This document shows, piece by piece, positions 1 through 8,409 of a stretch of DNA of 64,000 nucleotides. The notes beneath the pieces are model-generated. The model was not told the origin of the DNA. It did not search any database and saw only the letters and a program-made list of their open reading frames with translations. The position numbers were made by a program, and so were the translations under genes. The DNA comes from Candidatus Kaiserbacteria bacterium (lineage in GTDB: Bacteria > Patescibacteriota > Minisyncoccia > Phycocordibacterales > UBA2100), in contig CP066682.1 in the NCBI GenBank assembly GCA_016432285.1, positions 288,933-352,932 of the forward strand, written 5' to 3'. Numbering within the stretch: the first letter of the stretch is position 1; every line of letters begins with the position of its first letter.

Positions 1-65
1 ACGCATCCATCGCCGAGGGCAAACCGCACTCACTTTCCGGCATTTCAGATTAGTTTGACCACGAT

Positions 66-1028
66 ATGAGGGAATGGACGAGAGTCCTTTTTAGCGCGGG
101 CGCGCTCACGGCGGCCGGCGCGCTGCTTTTGATCGACACCGGGACCAAGGAGTACATGCGGCTCGGCGAGAGCGAGCCGCAAATCATCTCGGTACTTTTC
201 GGAGGGGACCTCATGTTTGATCGCTCGATCCGCGCGGTCGCCGAAAAAAGCGGCGAGGATTTTCTCTTTTCTTGTATCGACCCCACTCTTGCAGAAGCGG
301 ATGTCGTGGTGGCCAATCTCGAAGGCCCGATCACCTCGCTCCTATCAAAGAGTGTCGGATCCACGCCGGGAGATCTGCACAACACCACCTTTACCTTTGC
401 CACGACGACCGCCGCGCTTTTGGCGCGCCACAACATCAGGGTCGTCAATCTCGGCAACAACCACATCATGAATTTCGGCCGCGGGGGTCTTCTCGAGACG
501 AGAGCCTGGCTCGCGGGTGCTGGTGTGCGCTCATTCGGCGATCCGGATCTTCCGGAGGAAGATCGTGTGCTTCGCGCTGATCTTCGGGGCATTCCGTTCT
601 CGTTTGTAAATTGGAGCGACTGGACCCCAGTTGGAAAGCCGTTGGCTTCCAACGGGGCAGGCGAGCCGAATCCGACAGTTGAACAGATCATGAAAGAAAA
701 GGAAGCGGGGAGGGTAGTGGTCGTGTACACGCATTGGGGCGAAGAATATGTGGCGCCGCTTCCACGCGTACGCACGCTTGCGCGCTCGTTCGTGGACGCG
801 GGTGCCGCGATCGTGGTCGGCTCGCATCCGCATATCGTACAGGAGAAGGAAATCTACAAGGGGAAATATATTTACTATTCGCTCGGCAACTTTATCTTTG
901 ATCAGTATTTTTCCGAGGAGGTGCGCAACGGTCTTCTGCTTGCCGCCACGTTCGACCGGGGCGGCCTCCGCTCGCTCATTGAGATTCCGATCCGGCTTGA
1001 GCAGGATCGGCGTACCTGCCTGCGTTAG
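66..1028 (+). CDS. CapA-family metallophosphoesterase (poly-gamma-glutamate synthesis CapA-like)
   Basis: 320-aa ORF with an N-terminal TM. Motifs GNNH, HWGxEY and GSHPH are typical of CapA/calcineurin-like phosphoesterases. Confidence 0.7.
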   Translation: MREWTRVLFSAGALTAAGALLLIDTGTKEYMRLGESEPQIISVLFGGDLMFDRSIRAVAEKSGEDFLFSCIDPTLAEADVVVANLEGPITSLLSKSVGSTPGDLHNTTFTFATTTAALLARHNIRVVNLGNNHIMNFGRGGLLETRAWLAGAGVRSFGDPDLPEEDRVLRADLRGIPFSFVNWSDWTPVGKPLASNGAGEPNPTVEQIMKEKEAGRVVVVYTHWGEEYVAPLPRVRTLARSFVDAGAAIVVGSHPHIVQEKEIYKGKYIYYSLGNFIFDQYFSEEVRNGLLLAATFDRGGLRSLIEIPIRLEQDRRTCLR

Positions 1029-1546
1029 TCGCGCTCCCACTCCTCCGAGGGCGTGATGTGATCACGAAGGAGATCGAGGAAATACTCGCGCTCGTGCGTC
1101 TGGCCTTTCTGCCGCAGGTGGCGCAAGGGGTAGCACTCCGGGGTAAATTCGTAATGCGCGCGTACCTCGCCGTCTTCAAAAATGCGGATGTGGTACTGGT
1201 ACACGAAGTCCTGGAGGAGCCGGAGATTCACGATCTCGCCTTCGTCTTTCCATGCGACCTCTTGCTGCCGGTAGCCGTTTGCCACGAGATGTTCCACGAG
1301 CGCACCGACATGCGAAGAAGGAGCGATGTGCCCGAGGAGGTACCGTTGTCGCTGACCTACGCGATTGGCCTTGATCTTGCGCACGGTCTTCAGGGAATAG
1401 AGCGCGTCGCGGCAGTAGGCGTGGTAGGGCGTATAGACACGCCACACGAGATACTTGAGGCGGTGGGAAAGCGCGGACGGGTAGACCATTTCGGAGGCAG
1501 GGAGGTCTTCCTCAAAGCGATGACGCCCCGTGTTGTCCACAGACAT
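1025..1546 (-). CDS. hypothetical protein
   Basis: 173-aa ORF with balanced W/Y/K-rich composition. The overlapping + ORF 1058..1567 looks like GC-rich antisense. Confidence 0.4.
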   Translation of the reverse strand: MSVDNTGRHRFEEDLPASEMVYPSALSHRLKYLVWRVYTPYHAYCRDALYSLKTVRKIKANRVGQRQRYLLGHIAPSSHVGALVEHLVANGYRQQEVAWKDEGEIVNLRLLQDFVYQYHIRIFEDGEVRAHYEFTPECYPLRHLRQKGQTHEREYFLDLLRDHITPSEEWERD

Positions 1547-1629
1547 AGGTCTTTTTCGTCATGCTAGCAGAGAGGTGTATGCTGTACAAACTCACGGCGC
1601 TTTCATGCTGTGGGCGGATTATTTTCTCT

Positions 1630-2091
1630 ATGCCACGATCATCAAACAGAACTATCTTGATTCTCATCGCTGCCGCTCTCCTCGTGCTCGGCGTGGGAGC
1701 GTACATTGTCTTCGGTATCCCCGCGCAGGAGCGCGGTGCCGCCCAAAACCTCGTCGAGGATTTCGGTGCGCAGCTTCAGAAAGTCTCTCTCCTCGATCCG
1801 AATGCCTCAAGCACCATGGCCGAGGCCTACAGTCCGTACGTGCAGGAGGCGCTCCTCGCACAGTGGCAGCGTGATCCCGAGAGCGCTCCCGGGAGACTCA
1901 CTTCGAGCCCATGGCCTGCCGCGATCGTGGTGGATTCGATGAGCAAACAGGGATCCGGCTATGTAGTAAGCGGGCGCGTGGCGCTCGAAACATCGACCGG
2001 CTCCGCAGGCCAGAGCCCCGTGGTGATTCTCGTCGTGAAAGAAGACGGGCGGTGGAAAATTGCCGCCTATCAGGAGCCCCGCAGCGAATAG
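1630..2091 (+). CDS. membrane-anchored hypothetical protein
   Basis: ORF 1561..2091. Start moved to the Met at 1630, just before a single N-terminal TM helix. Confidence 0.45.
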   Translation: MPRSSNRTILILIAAALLVLGVGAYIVFGIPAQERGAAQNLVEDFGAQLQKVSLLDPNASSTMAEAYSPYVQEALLAQWQRDPESAPGRLTSSPWPAAIVVDSMSKQGSGYVVSGRVALETSTGSAGQSPVVILVVKEDGRWKIAAYQEPRSE

Positions 2092-2109
2092 AGGTGATAG
2101 AATGAGCCG

Positions 2110-2535
2110 ATGAAAAATCGCAGAGTAGCGGCGCTCGCCGTACTTTCGGTGGCAGGCGTTGTGTTCTCCGGCTGCCTGAGCGGGGTGAAATTCTTTTCGG
2201 AGACGTGCGCTTTCAATGAATCGTGTCCTTACTTTTTCGGGTATCCGGCATGCTATTTTGGCTTCGCACTTTTTCTCTCGATGGCGATTATGCTGATCGC
2301 GTATCGTTTCAGTGTGGTCGGACTTGCAGGAGCGCTTCGCGCGCTCGTCGCGGTCTCCGGAGTGGGAGTGCTTTTTGCGGGCTACTTCACGCTCCTCGAA
2401 ACACCTGTGCTTTTCAAAGAGGGAATCTATGCCTACGTGCTCGGACTTCCGACGTGCGCATATGGTCTCCTCGTGTTTGCCGCGATCTTCGTGATCGCGC
2501 TTCTTGCGCTTCGCTCCGCGCCGGCGGCCGAGTAA
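2110..2535 (+). CDS. polytopic membrane protein with loop cysteines (uncharacterised)
   Basis: 141 aa with 4-5 hydrophobic helices. Cys cluster C-x5-C...C in the first loop, but no CxxC. Confidence 0.5.
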   Translation: MKNRRVAALAVLSVAGVVFSGCLSGVKFFSETCAFNESCPYFFGYPACYFGFALFLSMAIMLIAYRFSVVGLAGALRALVAVSGVGVLFAGYFTLLETPVLFKEGIYAYVLGLPTCAYGLLVFAAIFVIALLALRSAPAAE

Positions 2536-2642
2536 GGTCAGTTTTGCAGCCGCTCGGCACTCCAACTAGAAAAACGGGCGCGGCGTGCTAGAATCGCCCC
2601 AACTCGCCCGTAGGTCAGAGACTACAGGCTGCGGCCGGGCAT

Positions 2643-2714
2643 TGCGGGATCGTCTAATGGTAGGACTACTGCCTCTGGAGCAGTGTATCTTGGTTCGAAT
2701 CCAAGTCCCGCAGC
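2643..2714 (+). tRNA. tRNA-Gln (anticodon CUG)
   Basis: Cloverleaf read by hand. Acceptor stem TGCGGGA/TCCCGCA with a U1:A72 pair and G73 discriminator, typical of Gln. Anticodon stem ACTGC/GCAGT with loop CTCTGGA. T-arm CTTGG-TTCGAAT-CCAAG. Confidence 0.8.
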
Positions 2715-2796
2715 ACTTCGACTCGCTTCGCTCGCTCAGTGCAAGCTAACGACTGGGCGGGCGGGACGAAGTGCCCTGAGCTTGTCGAAGGGCTAT

Positions 2797-3045
2797 ATGT
2801 ATTTGGTATACCTTTTGCAATGTAACGACGGATCAATTTACACAGGTATTACCAACGATTTAGAGCGCCGTTTCAATCAGCACAGGACAGGAGCGGGAGG
2901 TCACTACACCAAATCCAAGGGTGTGGTGAGGATTCTATATAGTGAGAAACTCCCAGATCGCAATACTGCACTCAGGCGCGAAGCACAGATCAAAGGCTGG
3001 ACACGAAAGAAAAAGCTAAACCTCATTCAATTCGGAAAGCCGTAA
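2797..3045 (+). CDS. GIY-YIG nuclease superfamily protein (YhbQ-like)
   Basis: YLVYLLQCNDGSIYTGITNDLERRFNQH ... IKGW motif, immediately 3' of the tRNA. Start taken at the internal Met, since the ORF 5' end overlaps the tRNA. Confidence 0.75.
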   Translation: MYLVYLLQCNDGSIYTGITNDLERRFNQHRTGAGGHYTKSKGVVRILYSEKLPDRNTALRREAQIKGWTRKKKLNLIQFGKP

Positions 3046-3146
3046 CCGCATCGACGGCGAGCAAACGAGTCGAGGGGAGACAAGTCCCGCAGCAAGCTTA
3101 GATACTCGGAATTTTTGGAAACGACGGACGGCGGTATACTTACATC

Positions 3147-3941
3147 GTGAGGAAAAAGCTAAGTCCGTGGCTAGAGACGAGTATTGAATACGCTAGTCAG
3201 CGTAGTTATTTGGACGACCTATTCCACGTGTACCCCACTATTCCCGAGGGAATACGCGATATTGACAGTGGCCTCTGGAAAGATGTCGAAAAAGCGTTCG
3301 AGAAACGTGATAATGTCGAGCTGCTTGAAAATCTCCTCAAGCTGGAACTGTTTCCGATAAAGGATTCATACGTCGCCTATCTCAAGCGCGATAAAGGTGC
3401 ATTAAAGCGGAACCCCGCCACGGCCGATCGGCTCGCGGGCCGCTTGTACGAGATGGGCCTCGATGAGATTTTCTCACGTTCATCCGAGCCGAAAGAGACC
3501 AACAGACAGATTGGGCCGTTATTCAAGCGGTGGTTGAGAAATAAGTCTCTGGGCGTCGAGCCTTTACGACTCGAAGCTTTCTTGAGCGCGAAAGGAAACG
3601 CGGTCTTGGACGGTAGCGATGCCGAGATGATGACTTTCGCACGGGAGCATCTCAACTACAAGCACAATAAAGGACTCGACTTCATCGGCCGCTTCAATGG
3701 AAAGTACGTCATCGGCGAAGCAAAGTTTTTAACCGATTTCGGCGGACATCAAAACGCGCAATTCAACGACGCTGTTGCGACGGTAAAGGCGCGCGGAGTG
3801 AAGGCCATTACTGTTGCAATTCTCGACGGGGTTCTCTACATCCGGGGAAAGAATAAAATGTTCAAGGACGTCACCGGTCGTCTGAGAGACGAAAACATCA
3901 TGAGCGCCTTGGTGCTACGAGAGTTTCTTTATCAAATCTAG
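3147..3941 (+). CDS. putative type II restriction endonuclease (PD-(D/E)xK)
   Basis: 264 aa, 4 nt upstream of the methyltransferase. LDF...IGEAKF reads as a D...ExK motif. Lower GC than the flanks. Confidence 0.5.
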   Translation: MRKKLSPWLETSIEYASQRSYLDDLFHVYPTIPEGIRDIDSGLWKDVEKAFEKRDNVELLENLLKLELFPIKDSYVAYLKRDKGALKRNPATADRLAGRLYEMGLDEIFSRSSEPKETNRQIGPLFKRWLRNKSLGVEPLRLEAFLSAKGNAVLDGSDAEMMTFAREHLNYKHNKGLDFIGRFNGKYVIGEAKFLTDFGGHQNAQFNDAVATVKARGVKAITVAILDGVLYIRGKNKMFKDVTGRLRDENIMSALVLREFLYQI

Positions 3942-3945
3942 TGCC

Positions 3946-5112
3946 ATGAAAATCACTTACGACAACAAAAAGTCTGAGCGAGACATCCTCGAAAATGCTC
4001 CGAGAGCAGAATTGTGCGTCGTCGCAGGGGAGGGTGCAGAAAACAAGCTCATTCACTCTGATAACCTCGCCGCACTCAAAGCTCTACTAGACGACTATGC
4101 TGGGAAGGTCGATTTAATTTATATCGACCCCCCGTTTGCCACCAACGGACACTTCAAAATCAGCGACGGCAGGGCAAACACCGTAAGCAGTAGTAATGAC
4201 GATGCTATAGCGTACAGCGACACTATTGTTGGCGAGGAGTTTTTGGAATTTCTTCGCGAACGGTTGATTTTCCTCCGCGAGCTTCTGTCGGAGCGTGGCT
4301 CAATTTACCTTCATATCGATTACAAAATCGGCCACTATGTAAAACTCGTCATGGACGAAGTGTTCGGGCGCGGAATGTTCCGAAACGACATCTCACGAAT
4401 CAAATGCAACCCCAAAAACTTCAATCGCAAGGCATACGGTAACATCAAAGACTTGATACTTTTTTACTCAAAATCCACGGCGCCGACATGGAATGATCCG
4501 CGCGTCTCTTTTTCAGAAGAAGATGAGCGACGTCTGTTTAAAAAATTGGACAGCAGCGGGCGGCGGTACACCACTATTCCGCTCCATGCGCCTGGAGAAA
4601 CCGTAAACGGAAATACGAACAAAGTGTGGAAAGGTATGAAGCCGCCAAAAGGGCGACATTGGAGGACTGACCCTGCGATTCTGGCGGAATGGGACAAACA
4701 GGGATTGATTGAATGGTCGGCAAATGGTGTTCCGCGGAAGAAGATCTTTTTCGACGAAAGAGGTGGGAAGAAGGTGCAGGATATTTGGGAGTTCAAAGAT
4801 CCACAATATCCGAAATATCCTACCGAAAAGAATTTGGATTTGCTGAAGTTCATTATTGAAGCGTCGTCGAATGAAGGGGATCTGGTTCTGGATTGTTTTG
4901 CTGGCTCCGGAACTACGCTTGTTGCGGCGCATTCCCTCGGTCGTCGCTGGATCGGGATTGATAAATCGGAGCCCGCGATAAAGGTCGTCCAAAAGCGACT
5001 CGCGGACATATCGACGGATCTGTTCTCAAAAGTTGAGTACGAGTTCCTCAAAGAAGGGTACGCTGCACCTGCGGCAACAAGTTCGAACAAATCGACACTT
5101 GTTCAAAAATAA
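3946..5112 (+). CDS. DNA methyltransferase, beta-class N4-C/N6-A (N6_N4_Mtase family)
   Basis: Motif IV IYIDPPF precedes motif I FAGSGTT. 388 aa. Confidence 0.85.
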   Translation: MKITYDNKKSERDILENAPRAELCVVAGEGAENKLIHSDNLAALKALLDDYAGKVDLIYIDPPFATNGHFKISDGRANTVSSSNDDAIAYSDTIVGEEFLEFLRERLIFLRELLSERGSIYLHIDYKIGHYVKLVMDEVFGRGMFRNDISRIKCNPKNFNRKAYGNIKDLILFYSKSTAPTWNDPRVSFSEEDERRLFKKLDSSGRRYTTIPLHAPGETVNGNTNKVWKGMKPPKGRHWRTDPAILAEWDKQGLIEWSANGVPRKKIFFDERGGKKVQDIWEFKDPQYPKYPTEKNLDLLKFIIEASSNEGDLVLDCFAGSGTTLVAAHSLGRRWIGIDKSEPAIKVVQKRLADISTDLFSKVEYEFLKEGYAAPAATSSNKSTLVQK

Positions 5113-5117
5113 ATTTG

Positions 5118-5132
5118 GGCAATTGGGGTCTG
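5118..5132. repeat. 15-bp direct repeat GGCAATTGGGGTCTG (copy 1)
   Basis: Exact copy again at 5414..5428. The two bracket a 296-bp segment. Confidence 0.7.
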
Positions 5133-5188
5133 ACCCCACCCCGTGACCTCACCCCGTGACAATAAGAGGAACGGCGCTTTCTAGTCGA

Positions 5189-5392
5189 TTAGTGAGCAGT
5201 GCACGTGCACTTTGTCTCGGCCTCGTTGCATCCTTTGCATTTGGCGACGCAATGATCGCCACCGCACTTGTGTTGCTCGTCGTGTTTTTCTGCTTCCGCA
5301 CCGCACATGTCACATTTGTAGCCAGTCGTCTCATCCCCGCATTTTTTGCATGCCATATCGAAATCTTGATAGTCTGCCGATAATACCCTCAT
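5189..5392 (-). CDS. Cys-rich small protein (14 Cys in 67 aa; zinc-ribbon or metallothionein-like)
   Basis: Contains CKKCG-x8-CDMCG and HKCGGDHCVAKCKGCNEAETKCTC. No clear SD sequence. The + strand ORF here is purely hydrophobic. Confidence 0.35.
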   Translation of the reverse strand: MRVLSADYQDFDMACKKCGDETTGYKCDMCGAEAEKHDEQHKCGGDHCVAKCKGCNEAETKCTCTAH

Positions 5393-5413
5393 TATAGGGA
5401 CTGTATGCGTTGC

Positions 5414-5428
5414 GGCAATTGGGGTCTG
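5414..5428. repeat. 15-bp direct repeat GGCAATTGGGGTCTG (copy 2)
   Basis: Exact match to 5118..5132. Confidence 0.7.
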
Positions 5429-5531
5429 GCCTCCTCACCGGACGAGTTTCGGGTCTCGGAGATTCCGCAAAGAAGTGGCATAGTGCGGACCGGCTAAGCC
5501 GGAACATTCACACAAACCAGAGGAGGTGGCG

Positions 5532-6002
5532 ATGAAAGGCCACGTCATCGTAGAGCGCGAGTCGAAGGAAGGCTGGATTTTCGTGCCCGACGCGCACCTC
5601 CGCTTCAACATTATCGTGTTGCAGAAGGAGGCCGTCATCAGCGCTGTCGCAACATACCCGGATGGCACGAAGGGTATGTGGTCCTCCAACTTGGAGGAAA
5701 AGATTCGGCGGGACTGCAACTTCGTGACCGAATTGGAAGTTCCGCCCGAGATTGTGCGGTGGGCGCAGTACGCCATCGAGCGCAATCGCAGATGGAACGA
5801 CGAAATACGCAAGGCGGGCGACAGGATGCGTGCCGACGGATACAGCGAGGAGTTTCCAAGCTCCGACGTGACGGACAAGTACTTTGGGCAGGTCGCCAAT
5901 GAACCGAAATGCCCGCCCGAGCTTGGGCTCGACGCGGACGCGCGATTCGCCGTCTATCACGAAGTCCAGGGATGGATTCTCGAAGCGGGAGGGCTCGTCT
6001 GA
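5532..6002 (+). CDS. hypothetical protein, paralog A of a tandem pair
   Basis: AGGAGG lies 5 nt before the ATG at 5532. Starts MKGHVIVERESKEGWIFVP and ends QGWILEAGGLV. Confidence 0.6.
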   Translation: MKGHVIVERESKEGWIFVPDAHLRFNIIVLQKEAVISAVATYPDGTKGMWSSNLEEKIRRDCNFVTELEVPPEIVRWAQYAIERNRRWNDEIRKAGDRMRADGYSEEFPSSDVTDKYFGQVANEPKCPPELGLDADARFAVYHEVQGWILEAGGLV

Positions 6003-6520
6003 TGCGCGGATATATCATCGTCGATCGGCGCAATAAAGAAGGGTCGATCTTCGTCCCCGAAGTCGACCTGCAATTCAAGGCGTGTCCTGGCGGCAAGCGC
6101 GGCTGGCTCGATGTGTATTTCACTGACGGAATGCACTACGAACACAAAGGCGCTCTCGCCACGAAACACGCGGGAGAGCCAAAGACCAAGCAGACGGTCG
6201 TGCAGTGGCTCAAAGCGAACTTCGATTTCGCGAAAGAGATCGACGTCCCGCCTCTGATGATCCGCTTTGCGATCGAAGTAGAAGAAAAGAAACGGAAGCA
6301 AGTGGTAGCGTTCGGCGATCTCTTTGAAAGTATGGTCAAAGGGAAGCCGACGTCTCTCGATCGTGGCGGCGAGCAAGGCTTCAAGGCCATGGAGCGCGCC
6401 GTACACCGGGCGAGGGATATCATGGCCTCGAAAGAAGTCGGCGAGCTTTCGGACGCCAAGAAGCACGCCATGGCTCTCCAGATCCAGCGTTGGATCCATG
6501 AAGCAGGTGGCCTCTGCTAG
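6002..6520 (+). CDS. hypothetical protein, paralog B of a tandem pair
   Basis: Start overlaps the upstream stop as TGATG. Starts MRGYIIVDRRNKEGSIFVP, has an EIDVPP block, and ends QRWIHEAGGLC, all paralleling paralog A. Confidence 0.6.
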   Translation: MRGYIIVDRRNKEGSIFVPEVDLQFKACPGGKRGWLDVYFTDGMHYEHKGALATKHAGEPKTKQTVVQWLKANFDFAKEIDVPPLMIRFAIEVEEKKRKQVVAFGDLFESMVKGKPTSLDRGGEQGFKAMERAVHRARDIMASKEVGELSDAKKHAMALQIQRWIHEAGGLC

Positions 6521-6596
6521 CAACAACGGCACGACCTCCCAAGGTCGTGCCCTTTCTTTTTGCGGCGAAGCTTGGGTCTTTTGGTAAAATACAAAA

Positions 6597-6848
6597 ATGG
6601 CCACGAAGTCTGTTGCGACGGGTACTGTGCATAAACTGCCGGACGATTTGCGAAAGGCGGTCGCCTCCGACAAGAAAGTGCTTGCGCTCTGGGAGGACAT
6701 CACGCCCTTGGCGCGCAACGAGTGGATCTGCTGGGTGACATCCGGCAAAAAGGCAGAGACAAGGGGCATCCGCATCGAAAAAGCCCTCTCGAAAATGCGG
6801 GGCGGCATGCGAAGGCCCTGCTGCTGGGCCGGCTGCGTGCATCGCTAG
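6597..6848 (+). CDS. YdeI/OmpD-associated (bacteriocin-protection) family protein
   Basis: LPDDLRKAV...LARNEWICWVTSGKKAETRGIRIEKAL signature. Confidence 0.65.
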   Translation: MATKSVATGTVHKLPDDLRKAVASDKKVLALWEDITPLARNEWICWVTSGKKAETRGIRIEKALSKMRGGMRRPCCWAGCVHR

Positions 6849-6942
6849 GAAGGTGATCTTTATCCATCGTGGATTGAAAGCGGGGGCTTTTCGCCGCAAA
6901 GCGGGGCTATACTTTCGGTATAACAATTGTCCGCGTAAAGAT

Positions 6943-7050
6943 ATGAACAACGCGAAAAAGATCGAGTGGGTGTTGCGATTCGCCGTCTCGATGGAGTTCA
7001 TCGGACACGGTGTCTTCTCCCTCCTAGGCAAAAAGGAGTGGCTCCGGTAG
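6943..7050 (+). pseudogene. possible N-terminal fragment of a DoxX-like membrane protein
   Basis: KIEWVLRFAVSMEFIGHGVFSLLGKKEWL resembles a DoxX N-terminus, but the ORF stops after 35 aa. Confidence 0.25.
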
Positions 7051-7059
7051 CATTCGCTT

Positions 7060-7659
7060 ATGCTTCTCATGCGTGATTCAAGGCGGAAGGTGCTACTGAC
7101 GATCATTTTCGGTGTCGCACTCCTGCTCGGCGGACTCTCTCTTTTCAATTCGTACATCTACAACGAAAAACAGGCAGTCGCCGCAGCGGATTACAAAGAC
7201 GGTGAGTACCTGATCGAAGGACAACGCGTGAAGCTCGAAGACGGGTTTGCGGAAGTGGAGGCGGCGCCCGGTTCGGCGTCCAAAATCACGACTCGCTATT
7301 TCGGCAACGATCTCAAGACTGATCTCGATGGCGACGGCAGGCAAGATGTCGCATTCATTCTCACAGAAGAGAGGGGCGGCTCCGGCACATTCTTTTATGC
7401 CGTCGCCGCGCTTGCCACCGATCGCGGATACCTCGGCTCCGACGGCTACCTGCTTGGCGATCGGATCGCGCCGCAGTCGACCGAGGTCAGCCAAAATCCG
7501 CGGCACAAATATGTCGTAGTCTTCAATTACGCCGACCGCGCTCCGGGCGAGCCAATGACGGCGCAGCCTTCTGTCGGCAAAAGCGCATACCTGAAACTCG
7601 ACCCAGTCAGCAGGCAGTGGGGAATCGTCGTGCCTGATTTTGAGGGAGAGTCTCGCTAG
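7060..7659 (+). CDS. membrane-anchored secreted hypothetical protein
   Basis: 199 aa with an N-terminal TM and an Asp/Gly-rich extracytoplasmic domain. Confidence 0.55.
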   Translation: MLLMRDSRRKVLLTIIFGVALLLGGLSLFNSYIYNEKQAVAAADYKDGEYLIEGQRVKLEDGFAEVEAAPGSASKITTRYFGNDLKTDLDGDGRQDVAFILTEERGGSGTFFYAVAALATDRGYLGSDGYLLGDRIAPQSTEVSQNPRHKYVVVFNYADRAPGEPMTAQPSVGKSAYLKLDPVSRQWGIVVPDFEGESR

Positions 7660-7662
7660 CGC

Positions 7663-8382
7663 ATGGAGATCGTTCTCTTGGCGATCCTCACCTTCGTCGC
7701 CGCGACGATTGGCACGATCACGGGCTTCGGCACGTCGACTCTCATGATCCCGGTACTCGTGGTTTTTCTTCCCGCTGTTGAGGCGATTTTCTTGGTGGCA
7801 ATCATCCACTGGTTTGGCGATCTGTGGAAAGTCACCCTCTTTCGCGCGGGATTCAGTTGGCGACTGCTTCTCCTTTTCGGCGGGGTCGGACTTGCCGCCA
7901 GCTACCTCGGCGCGTTCGTTTCGCTCGGCACAGGCGAGGACCTTTTGATGCGCGTTCTCGGCGCATTTCTCGCCCTCTACGCTCTCTTCTTGATATTCCA
8001 ATCGCAATTCAAAGCGCCTGCGGGCAACGTCGCGGCGCTTTTTGGCGGCGCGCTCTCGGGGTTTTTCGCTGGGATGTTTGGGATCGGCGGCGCGATCCGG
8101 AGCGCCTTTCTTTCGGCATTCGACCTTCCGAAGGCCGTCTACATCGCGACTGCGGGCGCGATCGGCCTTCTCGTCGATTCGACTCGCATCGTTACCTACG
8201 CGTGGGGCGGAGCGACGCTGCCGGAGGATTTATGGTACGGGCTTCTTGTCTTTATTCCCGTCTCGTTTGTCGGAGCGCAGCTCGCAAAGCGAATCGTCGA
8301 CCGCGTCCCGCAACGCTCTTTCAGGGTGGTCGTGGCCGTTTTTCTTTTTCTCATCGGCGGCAAGCTGCTCCTGTGGCCGTAG
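7663..8382 (+). CDS. TauE/SafE family sulfite/anion exporter (DUF81)
   Basis: About 8 TM helices with Gly-rich GFGTSTLMIPVL / FGIGGAIRSAF repeats. Confidence 0.8.
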   Translation: MEIVLLAILTFVAATIGTITGFGTSTLMIPVLVVFLPAVEAIFLVAIIHWFGDLWKVTLFRAGFSWRLLLLFGGVGLAASYLGAFVSLGTGEDLLMRVLGAFLALYALFLIFQSQFKAPAGNVAALFGGALSGFFAGMFGIGGAIRSAFLSAFDLPKAVYIATAGAIGLLVDSTRIVTYAWGGATLPEDLWYGLLVFIPVSFVGAQLAKRIVDRVPQRSFRVVVAVFLFLIGGKLLLWP

Positions 8383-8409
8383 TCTTGCACCGAGGCACGC
8401 CGGTTTCTC

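Noticed and set aside
1058-1567. 169-aa + strand ORF overlapping 1025..1546 (-)
   Set aside because: It has a Val/Arg/Ala/His-rich composition typical of antisense. The minus-strand partner has more protein-like composition. Both calls are uncertain.
2110-2535. Considered calling this a VKOR or DsbB disulfide oxidoreductase
   Set aside because: No CxxC active site is present. Only loop cysteines appear, so it is left as an uncharacterised membrane protein.
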